A stretch of DNA of 64,000 nt. It comes from Guillardia theta CCMP2712 (lineage: Eukaryota > Protista > Cryptophyta). The translations under genes were made by a program, and so were the position numbers. The notes below the pieces were generated by a model. The model did not search any database. It was not told the DNA's origin and saw only the letters and a list, made by a program, of their open reading frames with translations. Within the stretch, counting starts at the first letter, position 1. Each line of letters starts with the position of its first letter. Of the stretch, positions 15,630 to 27,585 are shown one piece after another. Location of the stretch: the NCBI RefSeq assembly GCF_000315625.1, contig NW_005434639.1, positions 1 to 64,000 on the forward strand, given 5' to 3'.

Positions 15630-16518
15630 ACTTTAATAACTTCCTCTATGACAGAAGGAATAAGAAGTACTTGCTTGTGGACTTTGGGCTGGCAGAGAAA
15701 CAAATGCAGTCATCAGGCCGCAGCATCGGCAACATCTTGCCCTGTGAGGTTTCTACGGCCAGCTCTCGCTCCTCGCGGAATCAAAAGGAGCAGGAGAAGC
15801 TAGAGATGGCGCAGCAGATGGCGAAGAGGCGGATCATGTTGGGCGTCAGCAAGACGAACGCATCGGTGACAGTGAGGAACTCAGGGGTCAAATTCGAACG
15901 TCCAGTCAAACGCGCGGGAACTCGGGGATACCGAGCGCCCGAAGTGCTCATGGGCATGCAGTGCCAGACCACAGCAGTGGACGTGTGGGCTGCTGGGGTA
16001 GTACTGCTTACCCTGCTGTGCCGCACGACACAGTTCCAATGGTTCCAGTATAACGACATAGTCACGGCAACGATGGAGATCTACGGGTACGCTCTTTGTG
16101 TACCTTGGAAGTGCGCTTGTCTGACTGTCTGAGCAGCTTGCGCATGTACATCAAGAGCATGGATGCTGTGTGGAAGCTCCTCGACGTTAAGGTAAAATTG
16201 TTGTCGTCGGCGTTGTTGTATCAAGAGGATGACGATGAGGTGATATGGGTTGGCCGCGAGGCCTGAGGTTGCTAACTTGATGTCATTCAGATTCCACCAT
16301 TGGAACTGCATCTCAGCTATGCCCGCGGTTTCAAGCAAACATGGCGGACCTTGTCAAGCTCCCTGGGCGCGCATGCGGGATGCAAGGACTGGCTGGAGGT
16401 GGATGAGAAACATGGGATCTGGGACTTCCTCAACTGCTGCCTCAACATCGATCCCCGCACGAGGATTACAGCACTGGAGGCTCTGAAGCATCCCTTCCTC
16501 ATTAGTGCTGTCAAGTAA
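15630..16518 (+). pseudogene. CDC7: 5'-truncated Cdc7-like Ser/Thr kinase (C-lobe only), two introns retained
   Basis: NNFLY...YLLVDFGLAE, long insert, RAGTRGYRAPEVL, QTTAVDVWAAG, RITALEALKHPF; no Gly-loop, VAIK or HRD upstream. Confidence 0.75.
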
Positions 16519-17391
16519 ACCGTCTCTACCCGTAGCTTTCTCCTTCCTCTCCTCTCATGTCCTCCTCGCCCTCCTGCCTTCCTCGCTAGTGGTCTTGAGT
16601 AAACACGGTCTCTCCTCCGGCATCTCCTCTCGCAGCGATCAGGCATATCAACTAGCCTGGCCTCCCAGGCGTCCATTTCCCTTCCAACCCCTCCCCTCTC
16701 CTTCCCCCAGCCTCTCAAACTCCTCACCTCCTCACAAATGACACCGCCATATTACAATAGGTTGGGAGAAGCCTCAAAAAACGCAATCATGGCAAAGCAA
16801 CAGGAAGTCTCTTGAAATATGTTTCTTATTCAACCGACGAAGCATTCAGGTAAAGGAAGCTAGGGCGTCAACACAACAAGGAAAAATTTCGATGAGATGC
16901 ATACCTTACACATTCAACCTACTATAGGTGTGATTCTCAGCCAAGAATTGAGCTGTTTGATCTCAGTACTTGCCTGGCAGTTTCAGGAGTTAGTATTGAG
17001 GGGCCATGGTCCTTGACTGCGCTCAGCAGCTGAGCAAACAGTCCCTGAGTACATTGGGAGTAGTGGGATAGGGAAGAGACGGGGCAAGTGTGAGGTCGTT
17101 TACAAGTGTTTTAGATTGATACGAGAAGTTTGCACTACCCCCTACCCCTCAACACGGGCTGGAGGCCGTTGGAAAGATTCAAATCATTTGAATACCTACC
17201 CCGAGCCTCCTCATGATTATTTAGTCAACTATACACGCCTATTCATATCAAATAGAGGAAGGTTTTGCTCAACATTGCCCTTCTCGTCTTGGATGGCCCG
17301 GCAGCCCCTGGCAACGAAAAAGGTACATAAATTGACGGAGCAAACATTTTTAGCTCAATTTTCTCTTGCCGCTTTAATTTGACTAAAACTA

Positions 17392-18462
17392 CTATGAGAA
17401 CCACCCTGGTTGACTGATCCGACAAGGATACGGAACGGCAACGCTAGGCTTCAGCGAGCAGGCCAGCACATCATTCGCCTCTGGGCAGCTCGAGGAGACG
17501 ATCCACTCCACCTCCCTCTGTCTCCAGATGACGTTGGCCCCTACAGCGATGAAGCCTTTCTGACCTAAGCCTTTGTGGACTTGCTGTCCTGGCGCCCCAG
17601 CGACCAGCATGCCTGCCAGCGGCTGGAGTTGGACCGCTGCAAGGGACTGGCGCAGCAGCTGATAGCGATAGACGGCAGCTATCTCAGCCGTTGTCATGCC
17701 GCCCAAGGTTAGCAGGTGAGTCAGCTCTGCCAAGCTGCCCCCTTTGCCCCAGGGTCCTCTCTTGGCTCGAATCTTGAAAGATCGATCGTGCACGATGCTC
17801 ACATGTACAGCTGTGAACTTGCGACCATCGATCGCGAAGTCCTCTCTTCCCTGCCAGAGCTTCTCCGCTTGTGCATTGCGGAGGAAGGAAACAGTCACCG
17901 GGATCTCCTCAGCACTCGCTATCTCGGGTCTATACGGAGCCTTCCACATGATTGCTTTACTCTCTTGCACTGAGTCTACGATCAGTCCGATCTCTTCAAA
18001 TTTCTTCTTCAGCTTTTCTTCATGGTTGACATACACCGAGGAGATGCCCAGGAGAGTCATGGAGATGAAGGAAGTCACCTCGTTGCCTGCTGAGGCGGTG
18101 TATGTCTCGACCTTCTCCTTCTTGGCTTCTTCAATCTGCTGCATAAACCACTCTCTGGATGCGTCACTCCATCCAGTCATCGCTTCTTGCAGAAACTCAC
18201 GTCGTGCCTGCTGACATGTCGAGCGGATGGCTTCTGCGATAGCGTCGGGGGTGCATCCCTCCACAGCCTTGCAAGCCTGGGCTGTCCTGCTGTTCGGATA
18301 ACGCTTCGCGAAGCTCTTCACCCTCTCGACGAGATCAGCTTCGAGGACAGAGGCATCCACAAGTCCGCTCTGCGTGTATTGGCATGATCTCCGATACAGC
18401 AGGTTGCGAACATTTTCATCATACTGAAGAACCATACTTAGAAAGCTATTTGAAGTATACAA
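17392..18462 (-). CDS. C-terminally truncated ORF1 of a second, divergent family of the same retroelement (unit B)
   Basis: Collinear with 12405-14552: FAKRYPNSRT/FARQNPKSRT, GLIVD, KAP.P, RN..AEKLW.G, REV(E/D)WI. Confidence 0.85.
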   Translation of the reverse strand: MYTSNSFLSMVLQYDENVRNLLYRRSCQYTQSGLVDASVLEADLVERVKSFAKRYPNSRTAQACKAVEGCTPDAIAEAIRSTCQQARREFLQEAMTGWSDASREWFMQQIEEAKKEKVETYTASAGNEVTSFISMTLLGISSVYVNHEEKLKKKFEEIGLIVDSVQESKAIMWKAPYRPEIASAEEIPVTVSFLRNAQAEKLWQGREDFAIDGRKFTAVHVSIVHDRSFKIRAKRGPWGKGGSLAELTHLLTLGGMTTAEIAAVYRYQLLRQSLAAVQLQPLAGMLVAGAPGQQVHKGLGQKGFIAVGANVIWRQREVEWIVSSSCPEANDVLACSLKPSVAVPYPCRISQPGWFS

Positions 18463-18508
18463 ACCTCTTGCTTGCAGCTTCCTTGGCGCCCTGGCGGCTT
18501 CCCCTACA

Positions 18509-18550
18509 CCTGACGAGGAGCCATGCTGCCTGACGAGGAGCCATGCTGCC
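18509..18550. repeat. Different 20-bp tandem repeat (CCTGACGAGGAGCCATGCTG) x2 at the 5' end of unit B
   Basis: Two exact copies between the ORF1 leader and the telomeric tract. Confidence 0.93.
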
Positions 18551-18647
18551 CCTAAACCCTAAACCCTAAACCCTAAACCCGAAACCCGAAACCCTAAACC
18601 CGAAACCCGAAACCCGAAATCCTAAACCCGAAACTCTAAACCCGAAA
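18550..18647 (-). repeat. Telomeric tract degenerating proximally (CCCTAAA to CCCGAAA/TCCTAAA/CTCTAAA)
   Basis: ~14 heptamers: perfect distally, variant proximally. Confidence 0.95.
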
Positions 18648-19606
18648 GGTTGTTGACGTCAAATCCTCCGATCTCTAGCGCTCGCACTCAGAAGAAGCAG
18701 TCTCGCCGCAAACCTGGTGCTATAGGCTCTTTTCGCTCCTGGGCTGTACGTCAATTTTTGTTTCAGTTGTGTCGCTTGGGTGATGAGGTGTCACTGAGGT
18801 GCTCGGATTCAGCTGGACTCATCTATGCACAAGGATGTGAGTGGTCTGACGCCTGGGCCTCCAGAATTGAACATGCTGCAGATGAAGTCACTTGGCACCC
18901 CGGCACTTCCTGGAGAGGCATCGACCTCGAGCAGCTGGCCTCCTACTGGTGCCCGCGATCTGCTTTGCTGTATTCTTGAGATGTGAGCCATTGATATCAA
19001 CATCTTTTACATTCTTAAACGCTTGCGGATCGTCTGGTGTGGGTGACAAGGTATCTAGTTGGAAGGGGGAGAGGCTTGTTGCTGGCCGCATGTAGAGACC
19101 AACTTTACAGCAGTGAAAGTTTTGCTAGGAGTTTTTGTGCCTTCATCGTCCTATTCTTCCACGTCGCTTTCTCCCTCTACATTTTCGAACCCGCACGCTC
19201 ACAGTGATGGAATCGTCATCGTAGGAGAGTTTCTCAGTTTTTGGGCTGGGGGCATATGACTTTCAAAACTCAGTATTTCCCTCAGAATGATGTGCATTTT
19301 CAACCAGCAAAGCGGGTTTCCATTAGTCGGTGACACTAATTTTGATTTTAAATGTCATTTCGAGGGAAACAAGATAATTTCGCCTGCTCAAGGGTCCAAT
19401 TTCTCATGCAGGGACTTATTGCACACTCAGTTCATTAAGACCGCGTTATAGTGACAAGACTGCTAAAGTAGTCTGAACATCAAGAAATACCAGCCCATAA
19501 TTGTGGCAAAATCCTCTAAGTTTGATGCCGAAGAATGCATCAGATGTTTGGAACTATCGATTGTTCTTCTATCTCCACGGAGATCCAGACAAGACGACAA
19601 GACGAG

Positions 19607-20439
19607 TTACATAATCAAGCATTCATCATCTCCCTGGCGACTAGAGCCTTTCTTCGACTTCGGGCGACCGGAGCCTTGCTTCTTCGACTTTGAGCGAGAG
19701 CAATTATTGCAGTCGAATCCTGACCACCCAGCGAAGTAATGCTTGCCGCACTTGGAGCAGTGAGAGGTGCGACAGTCGCCCATGCACTTTCCGAATCCCT
19801 TGCATTCGCGACAGTGACTGTGATATTTGCCCGAGTCTTGAGACATATTCTTACCACACATGTTGGTGAGGTACCCTTGGTAGAAGCAATCATCCTTGCT
19901 GCACACGATCCCTCCTCCGTCAGAACCATCTTCGTAGTCGTGACCGGAGTCGGCCTGTTTGAGCAGGGCACGGAGTCTGACTTGAATCTCAGATTTGCAA
20001 GCAGGGCATTCGCCCGTCCAGGCAATCGAATCGAGTTTGGCGTCAAAGTCAACCTGCACGAAGGTCAGCGACATCACGGGCCTACAGCTCTGACCTTGAG
20101 GTTTCCCTTTGCCATGCCAGCCATCGCGCACATGGACGCGCAGTCAGGATCCTCAAAGCCCCAGGACTTGATCAACTCCTTGACAGCCGGCAGCGTTTTA
20201 GGGACAGAGGTGATGGTCTTCTGCTTCTTGGATGGCTTGATGCCCTCAGCAGACGACTTCCCCTTCCCCTTCTTGACTGTCACAGCCTCGTCTACATCGG
20301 TTTTCTGCAGAGAAGGTCAAGAGGAGAACGTTGAGTGCAAAAACACTTAAACCTTGGAGGGCTCAGGAGATGCGATAACATTCAAATCCTTAGAGGAGGA
20401 CGGAGCACCCTCAATACTAACAGTCTCGACAGTCGACAT
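19607..20439 (-). CDS. Cys-rich putative zinc-binding protein ending in a CaaX box (spliced; start tentative)
   Basis: Several CxxC pairs (CPAC, HCRECKG, HCSKCGKH, CNNC), Lys-rich tail, terminal CLIM*. Confidence 0.7.
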
Positions 20440-20746
20440 TTGAATGAGCCTGAGGCATCCAAATCAAAGACCAGACGTGAAGGATGTTCATGTGCGAGAG
20501 GAAAGGGTGAATCACGTCTGTTGAAGTAAAGGGTGAGAGAGCAGAGACAGGAGACAGAAAAGACGCTGACAAACATGAGGAGGCAGGTAGAAATGATAAT
20601 CCAAGCACAGGAGCCGCGAGGGTCGCGCAAGGCAGAGCATGGCAGAGGGGGCGTAAAAATGGGCGGGGAAAACAAGGCGGGAAATCAAGTAAAATTCGAA
20701 TTTGAATTTGAATCCTACCAGGCCGATTCGGCCCATTTTATTTTTT

Positions 20747-20839
20747 GAGACTAGAAGTAAAAGGTGGATGATCGGAGACTAGAAGTAAAATGTGGATGAG
20801 ACTAGAAGTAAAAGGTGGATGAGACTAGAAGTGAAGATG
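20747..20839. repeat. ~23-bp minisatellite (GAGACTAGAAGTAAAAGGTGGAT) x~4
   Basis: Read directly. Confidence 0.85.
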
Positions 20840-20867
20840 ATGGCTTCGTTTCCTGGTCCCACGGCAG

Positions 20868-23182
20868 CTAGAAATTTCTGCGTGACGGATGATTGAACTG
20901 CGAGGAAACAACTCAGGCGACGACCCTCAATCAGCTTACAAGTACCTGAGGCATCATCTGCGCATGCAATCTTGTCGCTTGTTCCCGAATTGGATTGATT
21001 TGGTTCCGCTGCACCATCCCTCCTGGTCCCGGCATCCCTCCCATCCCCATCCCTCCCATCCCCATCCCTCCTTGTCCCGGCATCCCTCCCATCCCCATCC
21101 CTCCTTGTCCCGGCATCCCTCCCATCCCCATCCTTTCCTGGCCATGCATTCCGCTCATTCGGAAAGATCCCAGGTGGCTGGAGGCCTGGGAGAAGCTTTC
21201 AGAGGCATGAGCAATAAGTTGGATATCACCTCAGAAGTAGTCCTGACTTGTCTTTGGGAAGGGAGAATCTGTCTTTTTGGTGCTAATGAGTAATCATACG
21301 TGCTGATTTGATCAAGGTTTCTTGGGTACGGAGCGTCCCTTCTGTTGTGAGATTCGAGAAATCCTTCTCCTTGGAGAGACATAACAGTCAGGCCAGAGCA
21401 TGTCAAATTTCGAGAAACTTACGGGGTCGATCAAAGCCGCCAAAGTCTTGATCATACATCATATTCTGCGATGATCCTCTGAACGAATCGTACTCTCTGT
21501 CGCTGCCCCGGTAGTCTCTTTCTCTTGGTTGACCTGAGCGCGAGCGGAATTCTTGATCTGACAATGACATCACACTTACAACGAGAAATTAGCTCAAGTA
21601 ACCTCTGTCATAGTCTTGCTCATTCATATATCTCTCATCATTTCGATACTGAAAGTTGTCTTGCTCTGCGAAGCGTCTCTCGCGCTCCCCTCCTCCCCAT
21701 TCCCGCCTCTTTTGATCCATATTCCCTGCCCGGCCCATGTCTGGAAGTCGTCGGAAGTCTCTTTCTTCAAAGGAGCCCTCTCTGCCGTCCTGGTACATTC
21801 TCCCGTCTGCCTGATAGCTCGCTTGAGGAGGATATCTTCCCACAGAGTCTCGACTGTCCCATGATCGACTCTCCTGATAGTTTCCATGTTGGTACCTACC
21901 AACATGGCGTACGTCGAGATCTCGATGATACCAGGAGCCTCTGTCTGGAGACATGAGCAGGCATGAGTGATGGAGAGCACAGCAGCATACAACCTCGTTC
22001 GTCATGCTGTAGCGAATTTCCTACTCCATCTCTTCTTTCACGAGATTCAAACCCCGAGCTGAAGTCCCATTGGATTTTGTTACATCCCTCAGGAGGAGGT
22101 TCACCGAAGGCTCCAGGGTATTTCACACACCCTATCAGCCCAACCCTTCTTCGCTGCACATGATTTTCAACATGGAAAAACACTGACGACGGACCAAACC
22201 TTTTTGCCTTGATTTTCGCACTTGTCCGTCTTCTCTTCCTGATGCGAATCAATGTTTTGCATCGCAAGGAACAAAGGTCTTACCCGATTGCCCATATGCA
22301 TTACCAAGCAAGAGTCTGTTTTGAGAGCAATTTCCTTGTTCATCGAAGCATCTTCGTACTCAACATATCCAGGTGGGTACCCTTCGTTCACCTGCTTATG
22401 GTGAGTGCCTACACCTGACAAGGAGGAGCTACCATGGCCCGCATGTAAGGAGGAGGATTTCCAGGAAGAATCCCCAGAGCTTCTCTAAGTCTCTCGCTGA
22501 TCATTCCTGGTCTGACATGGGCGATGCGCTCCGAGGAGGAAGGAACGAAGTATCTGCCAGCCATGAGGCAGCAGCAGCAACATGACTCATTCATCACCTC
22601 GGCTCACTCGTCCACGATCGATTTCCTTTGTTCTTCTCCCAAGCCTGAAAGGGTTTGATTGCATTCAATTGAGCTTTCAACCTACTAGGACGCAAAATCA
22701 GTCACCTTCCTCCTCTCGGTGATGGCGTTTTGATCGCGAGGCTGAGAACACTGATTGAGAGAATGGCCTATTTCATTGCATCACCTCCTGCTCCCACAGC
22801 CAGACCCCTAATTCACCTGCATCACCGCAGTTGAAACAAACGTTGGAGGACGCCTTCTCCTTGGGAGCTTGAGTCTTGTGGCGAGCAAGAGGCAAAGGGA
22901 ATTCCATGCTTACAACAGAGTGAGGAGGGAGAGCAAGCAACACTAATCATACCAAACTTCATAGTCAAGACATGGCCAGCCTTCTACATCACGATTACAG
23001 TTGATCTTGTAGATTTCCAATTGTATGGAGCTGGAGTCTGTTGAATATCTGCCAAACTGCTGAACTTTTGCTCGGATGGCATCAATTGCAGGTCCATCTT
23101 CTTGCTCAACAAGATCTTTGCTCTCGAGTTGTGGTCTGTTGCCCTCAGTGAAAACGTCGAATAGATCATCTTCATCTGCCAT
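20868..23182 (-). CDS. ZCCHC8: ZCCHC8-like zinc-knuckle/PSP-domain protein (multi-exon; ends approximate)
   Basis: VCFNCGD knuckle near 22830; PSP motif RPGMISERLREALGI...PPPYM...GYPPGY; Arg/Asp- and Gly/Met-rich tail. Confidence 0.7.
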
Positions 23183-23529
23183 CTGATTGGAAAAAAGTTC
23201 AAGTAATTGAAATTGATGATTCGTGCAAAACAGATAAAATGCCCTTCCCTACATCTCACCATTTCTGCAATCCTCACCTTCTCTTCTCCCACATCGAAAG
23301 AATCGTGTCAATGCCGTCAGTCTCCTTCTCATCAACCTTCATCTGATCATTTCTGCTATCCCCTCTGAACTCTTGAACCTCCTCCTCCTCCTCCACCTCC
23401 TCCTCCTCCTCCGTGGGAACGTGTAGATAGCAAGCTCTCCCTATCCCTGCGTGATGTTTCTTCGCTGTCCCACAGTAAAACTTTTTTACTTGGTTTTACA
23501 CATCCGATGGGCATGGCAGGAGCGTAGAC

Positions 23530-26460
23530 ATGAGGGTAGGACGGGCCCGAGCCGTCAGGCTGCTCCTCTTGCTTGAACTTCTTCAGTTCTCCTCTTCGTA
23601 TCTTTCTCCTCCTCCTCCTCCTCCCTCTCCTGTCCCGTCTTCCTCGACGAGACTGGAAGACTCACTGTCTCCTGAGCTGCACATCCTTCTACCGCGAAAT
23701 GGCGAGGGCGTGAGGGTGGAAGGAGATAATGGTGTGCACTTGCTGTTTCAAGTGCTCGGCGTGGACATGGAAGAGCAAGGTGTGTTGATACAGGTCGAAG
23801 TAGACGACCGTGATTTTCTCTTCAACACCTCTCACATAAGTGGGCGAGTGAAAATGGAACCAGGGTGGCACGGAATCCGAGCTCAGCTCATTCCTGCCCG
23901 ACATGCAGAGGCTGCGTGGAAGATGCATCCTCATAGCGTAGCAGAGACTCGCTTCCTGGTGCATGAGCCTGAACGACTTCCCGGTCAGCTCACGAAGGTG
24001 GAGGAGGGAAATAGAGATTTGTGCTTGTTGATCGGAACGGTGCGGATCGGAGCACGCGAGGGCTCGGGGACTGACGGAGAAGTCAGCATCAGATTCCATA
24101 GCTCAGAAGCGACTGAAACGGTCACCCTGCAATCGACTGATCGCCTGCTACAGGACGCATCGCGAAGTTGCTTCTCCATGGGAATTAGATGCTCGGCCTG
24201 GCCCTTGACGCATGCGACAGTGACGCATAGAACAAACAACTCATGGCGCGGCCTCTTCCTGGAAGACATCAAGACTTCTCTTGTCTACAACTGTAGCCTT
24301 TGCGAGGCATCGGGGATGCTAGATGCCAAGTCTTTGCGCTCTTGTTCCTTGTGCGATGCGTTCACCTTGGAGCATGCGGCGACAAGCTCCTCGTGTGAGC
24401 TTGAGGTCATGCAGGGTGAGGAGGGAGGAGCGTCTGCGAACGAAGAGGCCATGGGCGAGGACGTCTCGTCTCATCGCTCCTCCCTGTTCGTTTGTAACAG
24501 GTGGTTCGATGAAGAGAGCGGGGTCTCGGGGGTCTGCCCTAGCCTAGACGTTATTAACGGGAAAAGCAGCGCAGCCATGGCTTGCGCTCCTTCTCCGCAT
24601 AGTGGACAACGATCGAAAGATGTCGAACATGACCAAGTGTGTATGAGCGCGAATGTCTTTCAAGACCAGGTCAAGTGGGTGACCAACTCTCGCCTGGGGG
24701 TGTCGGGCATGATGGGAAACCAACTGTTTCAGCTCGCGACTCTCATCGCGTTCGCTCATCGTCATCAAGACATGCAGGTAAGGCATGGCTGCATGCTCTC
24801 GTGTGAGAGGCCTCAGGTGGTTATCCCCGATATCCCTTGGACTGGCAGAGAGCAGGAGAGACTCAGACTCTTCGAGCTGCTTGACCTCCACATACCTCTG
24901 ATTCCTTTCGGCTACCTGCAAGGTCGCTGCTCCAGCATCTCCTCACTACTTCTCGCCTCTTCTCTGATACGTCAGCTGACAGTGCGAGTGCAAAGTACGT
25001 TTGTGGAGAAGCAGTTCCATCACGACGAGAGCGTCATGAAGGTCAGAAAGTTCCAGTTCACGGAACTGACACGGAACTGACTCGTCCACATACAAGATGG
25101 AGGGAGGGGTCAACACAGACCTCCTCGGCAGATTTCAAAGTTTCGCTTATTTTGCAGACAGTGAGGAGGAGGTCAGGAAACCAGGAATGGGTCTTGATGC
25201 TCAGAATGAGAGAATTCCAGGTTCGATCAAAGATGAAAATTCGACCGGAGCTGAAGAGGCGTGCTGCTGCTGTTCTTGAGCAAGTCCGATCCGACTTTGG
25301 CTCTCAAACGTTGAAAGGTGCGAGCGCAGATCTTGTGAGAGAAGAAGCTGAGGGAATCGAGCAGTTGTGTCGCTACATGTGAGACGAGGGGACAATGTCC
25401 CTTCTCAGGTACGACGAGAGACGAAGGGTTGAAGGGAACTATCGTTTAAAATGCGAGGAGGAGGGGTGGATGTGTGTTGGTGTGGAGGGAGACGGAGAAG
25501 GCACAAGTGGTGTGGGGTAAGGAGGAGGAGAGGGAAACAAGGAAACACCGACTTTAATGATCCTCTCCTGATGTAGAGAGCTCAAATTTACGACGGATGG
25601 CGACGAGAAGCGCCGGAGCTTTACGGTACGACATCTGTCTGCTGCCTTGCATGCGTCTGCTTTCCCAGCCTCTCACCCTCCCTCGCCGATTCTTCAGCTC
25701 GCCTAAACTTGCGAGCAGGACCTGTCGGCGATAGCATCGCTCCCCACCTGCTCATGGACTCGAACTACATCCAACGAGCAACAGCTGAGATGGAGAGAGG
25801 AGACTGGTCAGCACGGGAAACTGATGCATGGGGCTGACGTGAAGCAGGTGTGGCAGCGAGCCTTGTGTCTACCTGGTGTTTGCCGACACTCCAGCAGACG
25901 TCCAGTGGTGCAGGTCAAATGAACATGCTCGAGTGCTGGTGGGGTCAACTGGTTGAGCAGAGAAAACATCCCCGCAAACATCCGCACGAAGTTTTACAGT
26001 GACTACGTTCCTCTGATGTCCACATGGGAGAAAGGAGCAGGTGAGACTCTCATGCGGCTGGCAAGAGAATGACGAGGAGGAAACGAGGGGTGAAGGACCA
26101 CGGGAAGAGAGCTGCTCCTCTGTCGGACATCCTCGACCTCGCTGGTGTTGCCGTTTACACCAGAAGTTGACGCGCTGAGAGCTTGTGCTCAGGTATCGCG
26201 GCATGCGACGGCCATGTCGTCTCCACCTCGACCTTCAGCTGGTGGCGGAAGAGGAGAAAGTGCGGGTGATTAAACCAAGAGCAGGTGGGGAGCTTGGCTC
26301 AATGACAAACCAGACAAGAAAGTTGTCGTGCCCTCGCCATGGTGGTGAAACTAACTGCCCTTGTAGATCTCCTGAACTCTTGCAGGTTTAATCCATACCA
26401 CCCGATGGGACAACAATCCGACACAAGCACAATGCATCCAAGGTCTCTGAGGAGGAAGAG
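23530..26460 (+). CDS. Signal peptide + PLAT-like domain + GT11 alpha-1,2-fucosyltransferase-like protein (multi-exon; end approximate)
   Basis: GMMGNQLFQ, GRFQSFAYF, SLHVRRGD, VFAD, STFSWW, VVVPSPW; PLAT-like GSGTDGEVSI...FVCNRWF. Confidence 0.8.
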
Positions 26461-26523
26461 GAAGGAGAGAATGACTCTCAAGCAGGGGATGGAAGGAACT
26501 TTCTCTTTTCACTTGAAAGACTC

Positions 26524-27585
26524 TCAGAGGGTTGAAGGAGGACGCGATGTGATTTCGAGCACAGCAGACTCGAAGTCTCGCAGTATGTCGTTGAACTCGA
26601 CGTCCTGCACTTTTGTCAGATCCCTTCCCTCCCCCTCACATCCTGAAAACCCCTCCCCATCACTTCCGTTGTCCCTCCTCCCTCATTGCTCTCGATGCCT
26701 CCACGGACCTCAACGGGGATCTTGGAGGAAGAAGCGAAGGAGGAGGAAGAGGAGGAGACGGTCACAGAGTCAGCAGCAACTTTTGACTTCACACTGCTGC
26801 CCTTCGGCTTGGGAGCTGCTCGAGAGTTCCGTTGTGCTGGAGTGCGAGGAGGCGGAGCCCTGGGCTGAGACTGGCTGACTTGAAGAGCCTGCGTCACGTC
26901 TTCTTGGACTGGAGCTGGAGGAGATGTCGGGGCTGGGAGGCTTCCGTAGGGGATCTGAAAGCTCTTGAGCTTCCTTTCAGCTATCATTCTCCTCTCTGGA
27001 CCAGAAAGTCAAACGATGACGAGAAACGTCGATGATTCACCTTGTTCTCGGAGAGCGAAGAGGACCAGGTCGTCCTTGCTCATGAGGTGAAGGTCCGAGT
27101 AGGTCAAGCTCTGCTCCTTGCTGTCCTGCTGCTTGTGTCATGCGGTGAAAGGAAGAGAGACAAACATTTCCTCCGTCATGCTCGCTGTGTCGTCGCTCGT
27201 GCAGCTTCTCAGTGAATACTTCTTCTCCCTGCGAATCATCTTCTTCTTGGCTGAGCTTGAGAAGGTTTGCTTGTCCATGACGGAGAGGCTCTGCGCCTCT
27301 ACCAGGCATGTTAAGGCACCGCAAGCCTCAGCGACTTGTACCAGGCGGTCGACTCGTCTGCATGGTCGGCATGACTCGGCTCTTCGTTCTGTTTGGTCCG
27401 CCTGGCGGGTTCCTTACGGAGGCTTCAGGCATGCTGATCGCCTGCCTGTGAGCATGTGGCGGCGACAAGGTGGGAGGAACCTGAGGAGGAGTAAGAAACC
27501 ACTCAGAAGCTGTGCATGGCCGCCTCACCCACTCGCATGCAACATCTCGAACAAACCCAGGCTCCAGCGACTGTCGCGTGGACAT
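26524..27585 (-). CDS. Hypothetical multi-exon protein
   Basis: Chain of short minus-strand ORFs with GT-AG boundaries; no domain recognised. Confidence 0.4.

Noticed and set aside
18650-19260. Possible small gene next to the old telomere
   Set aside because: Only short conflicting ORFs on both strands; no model I can support.
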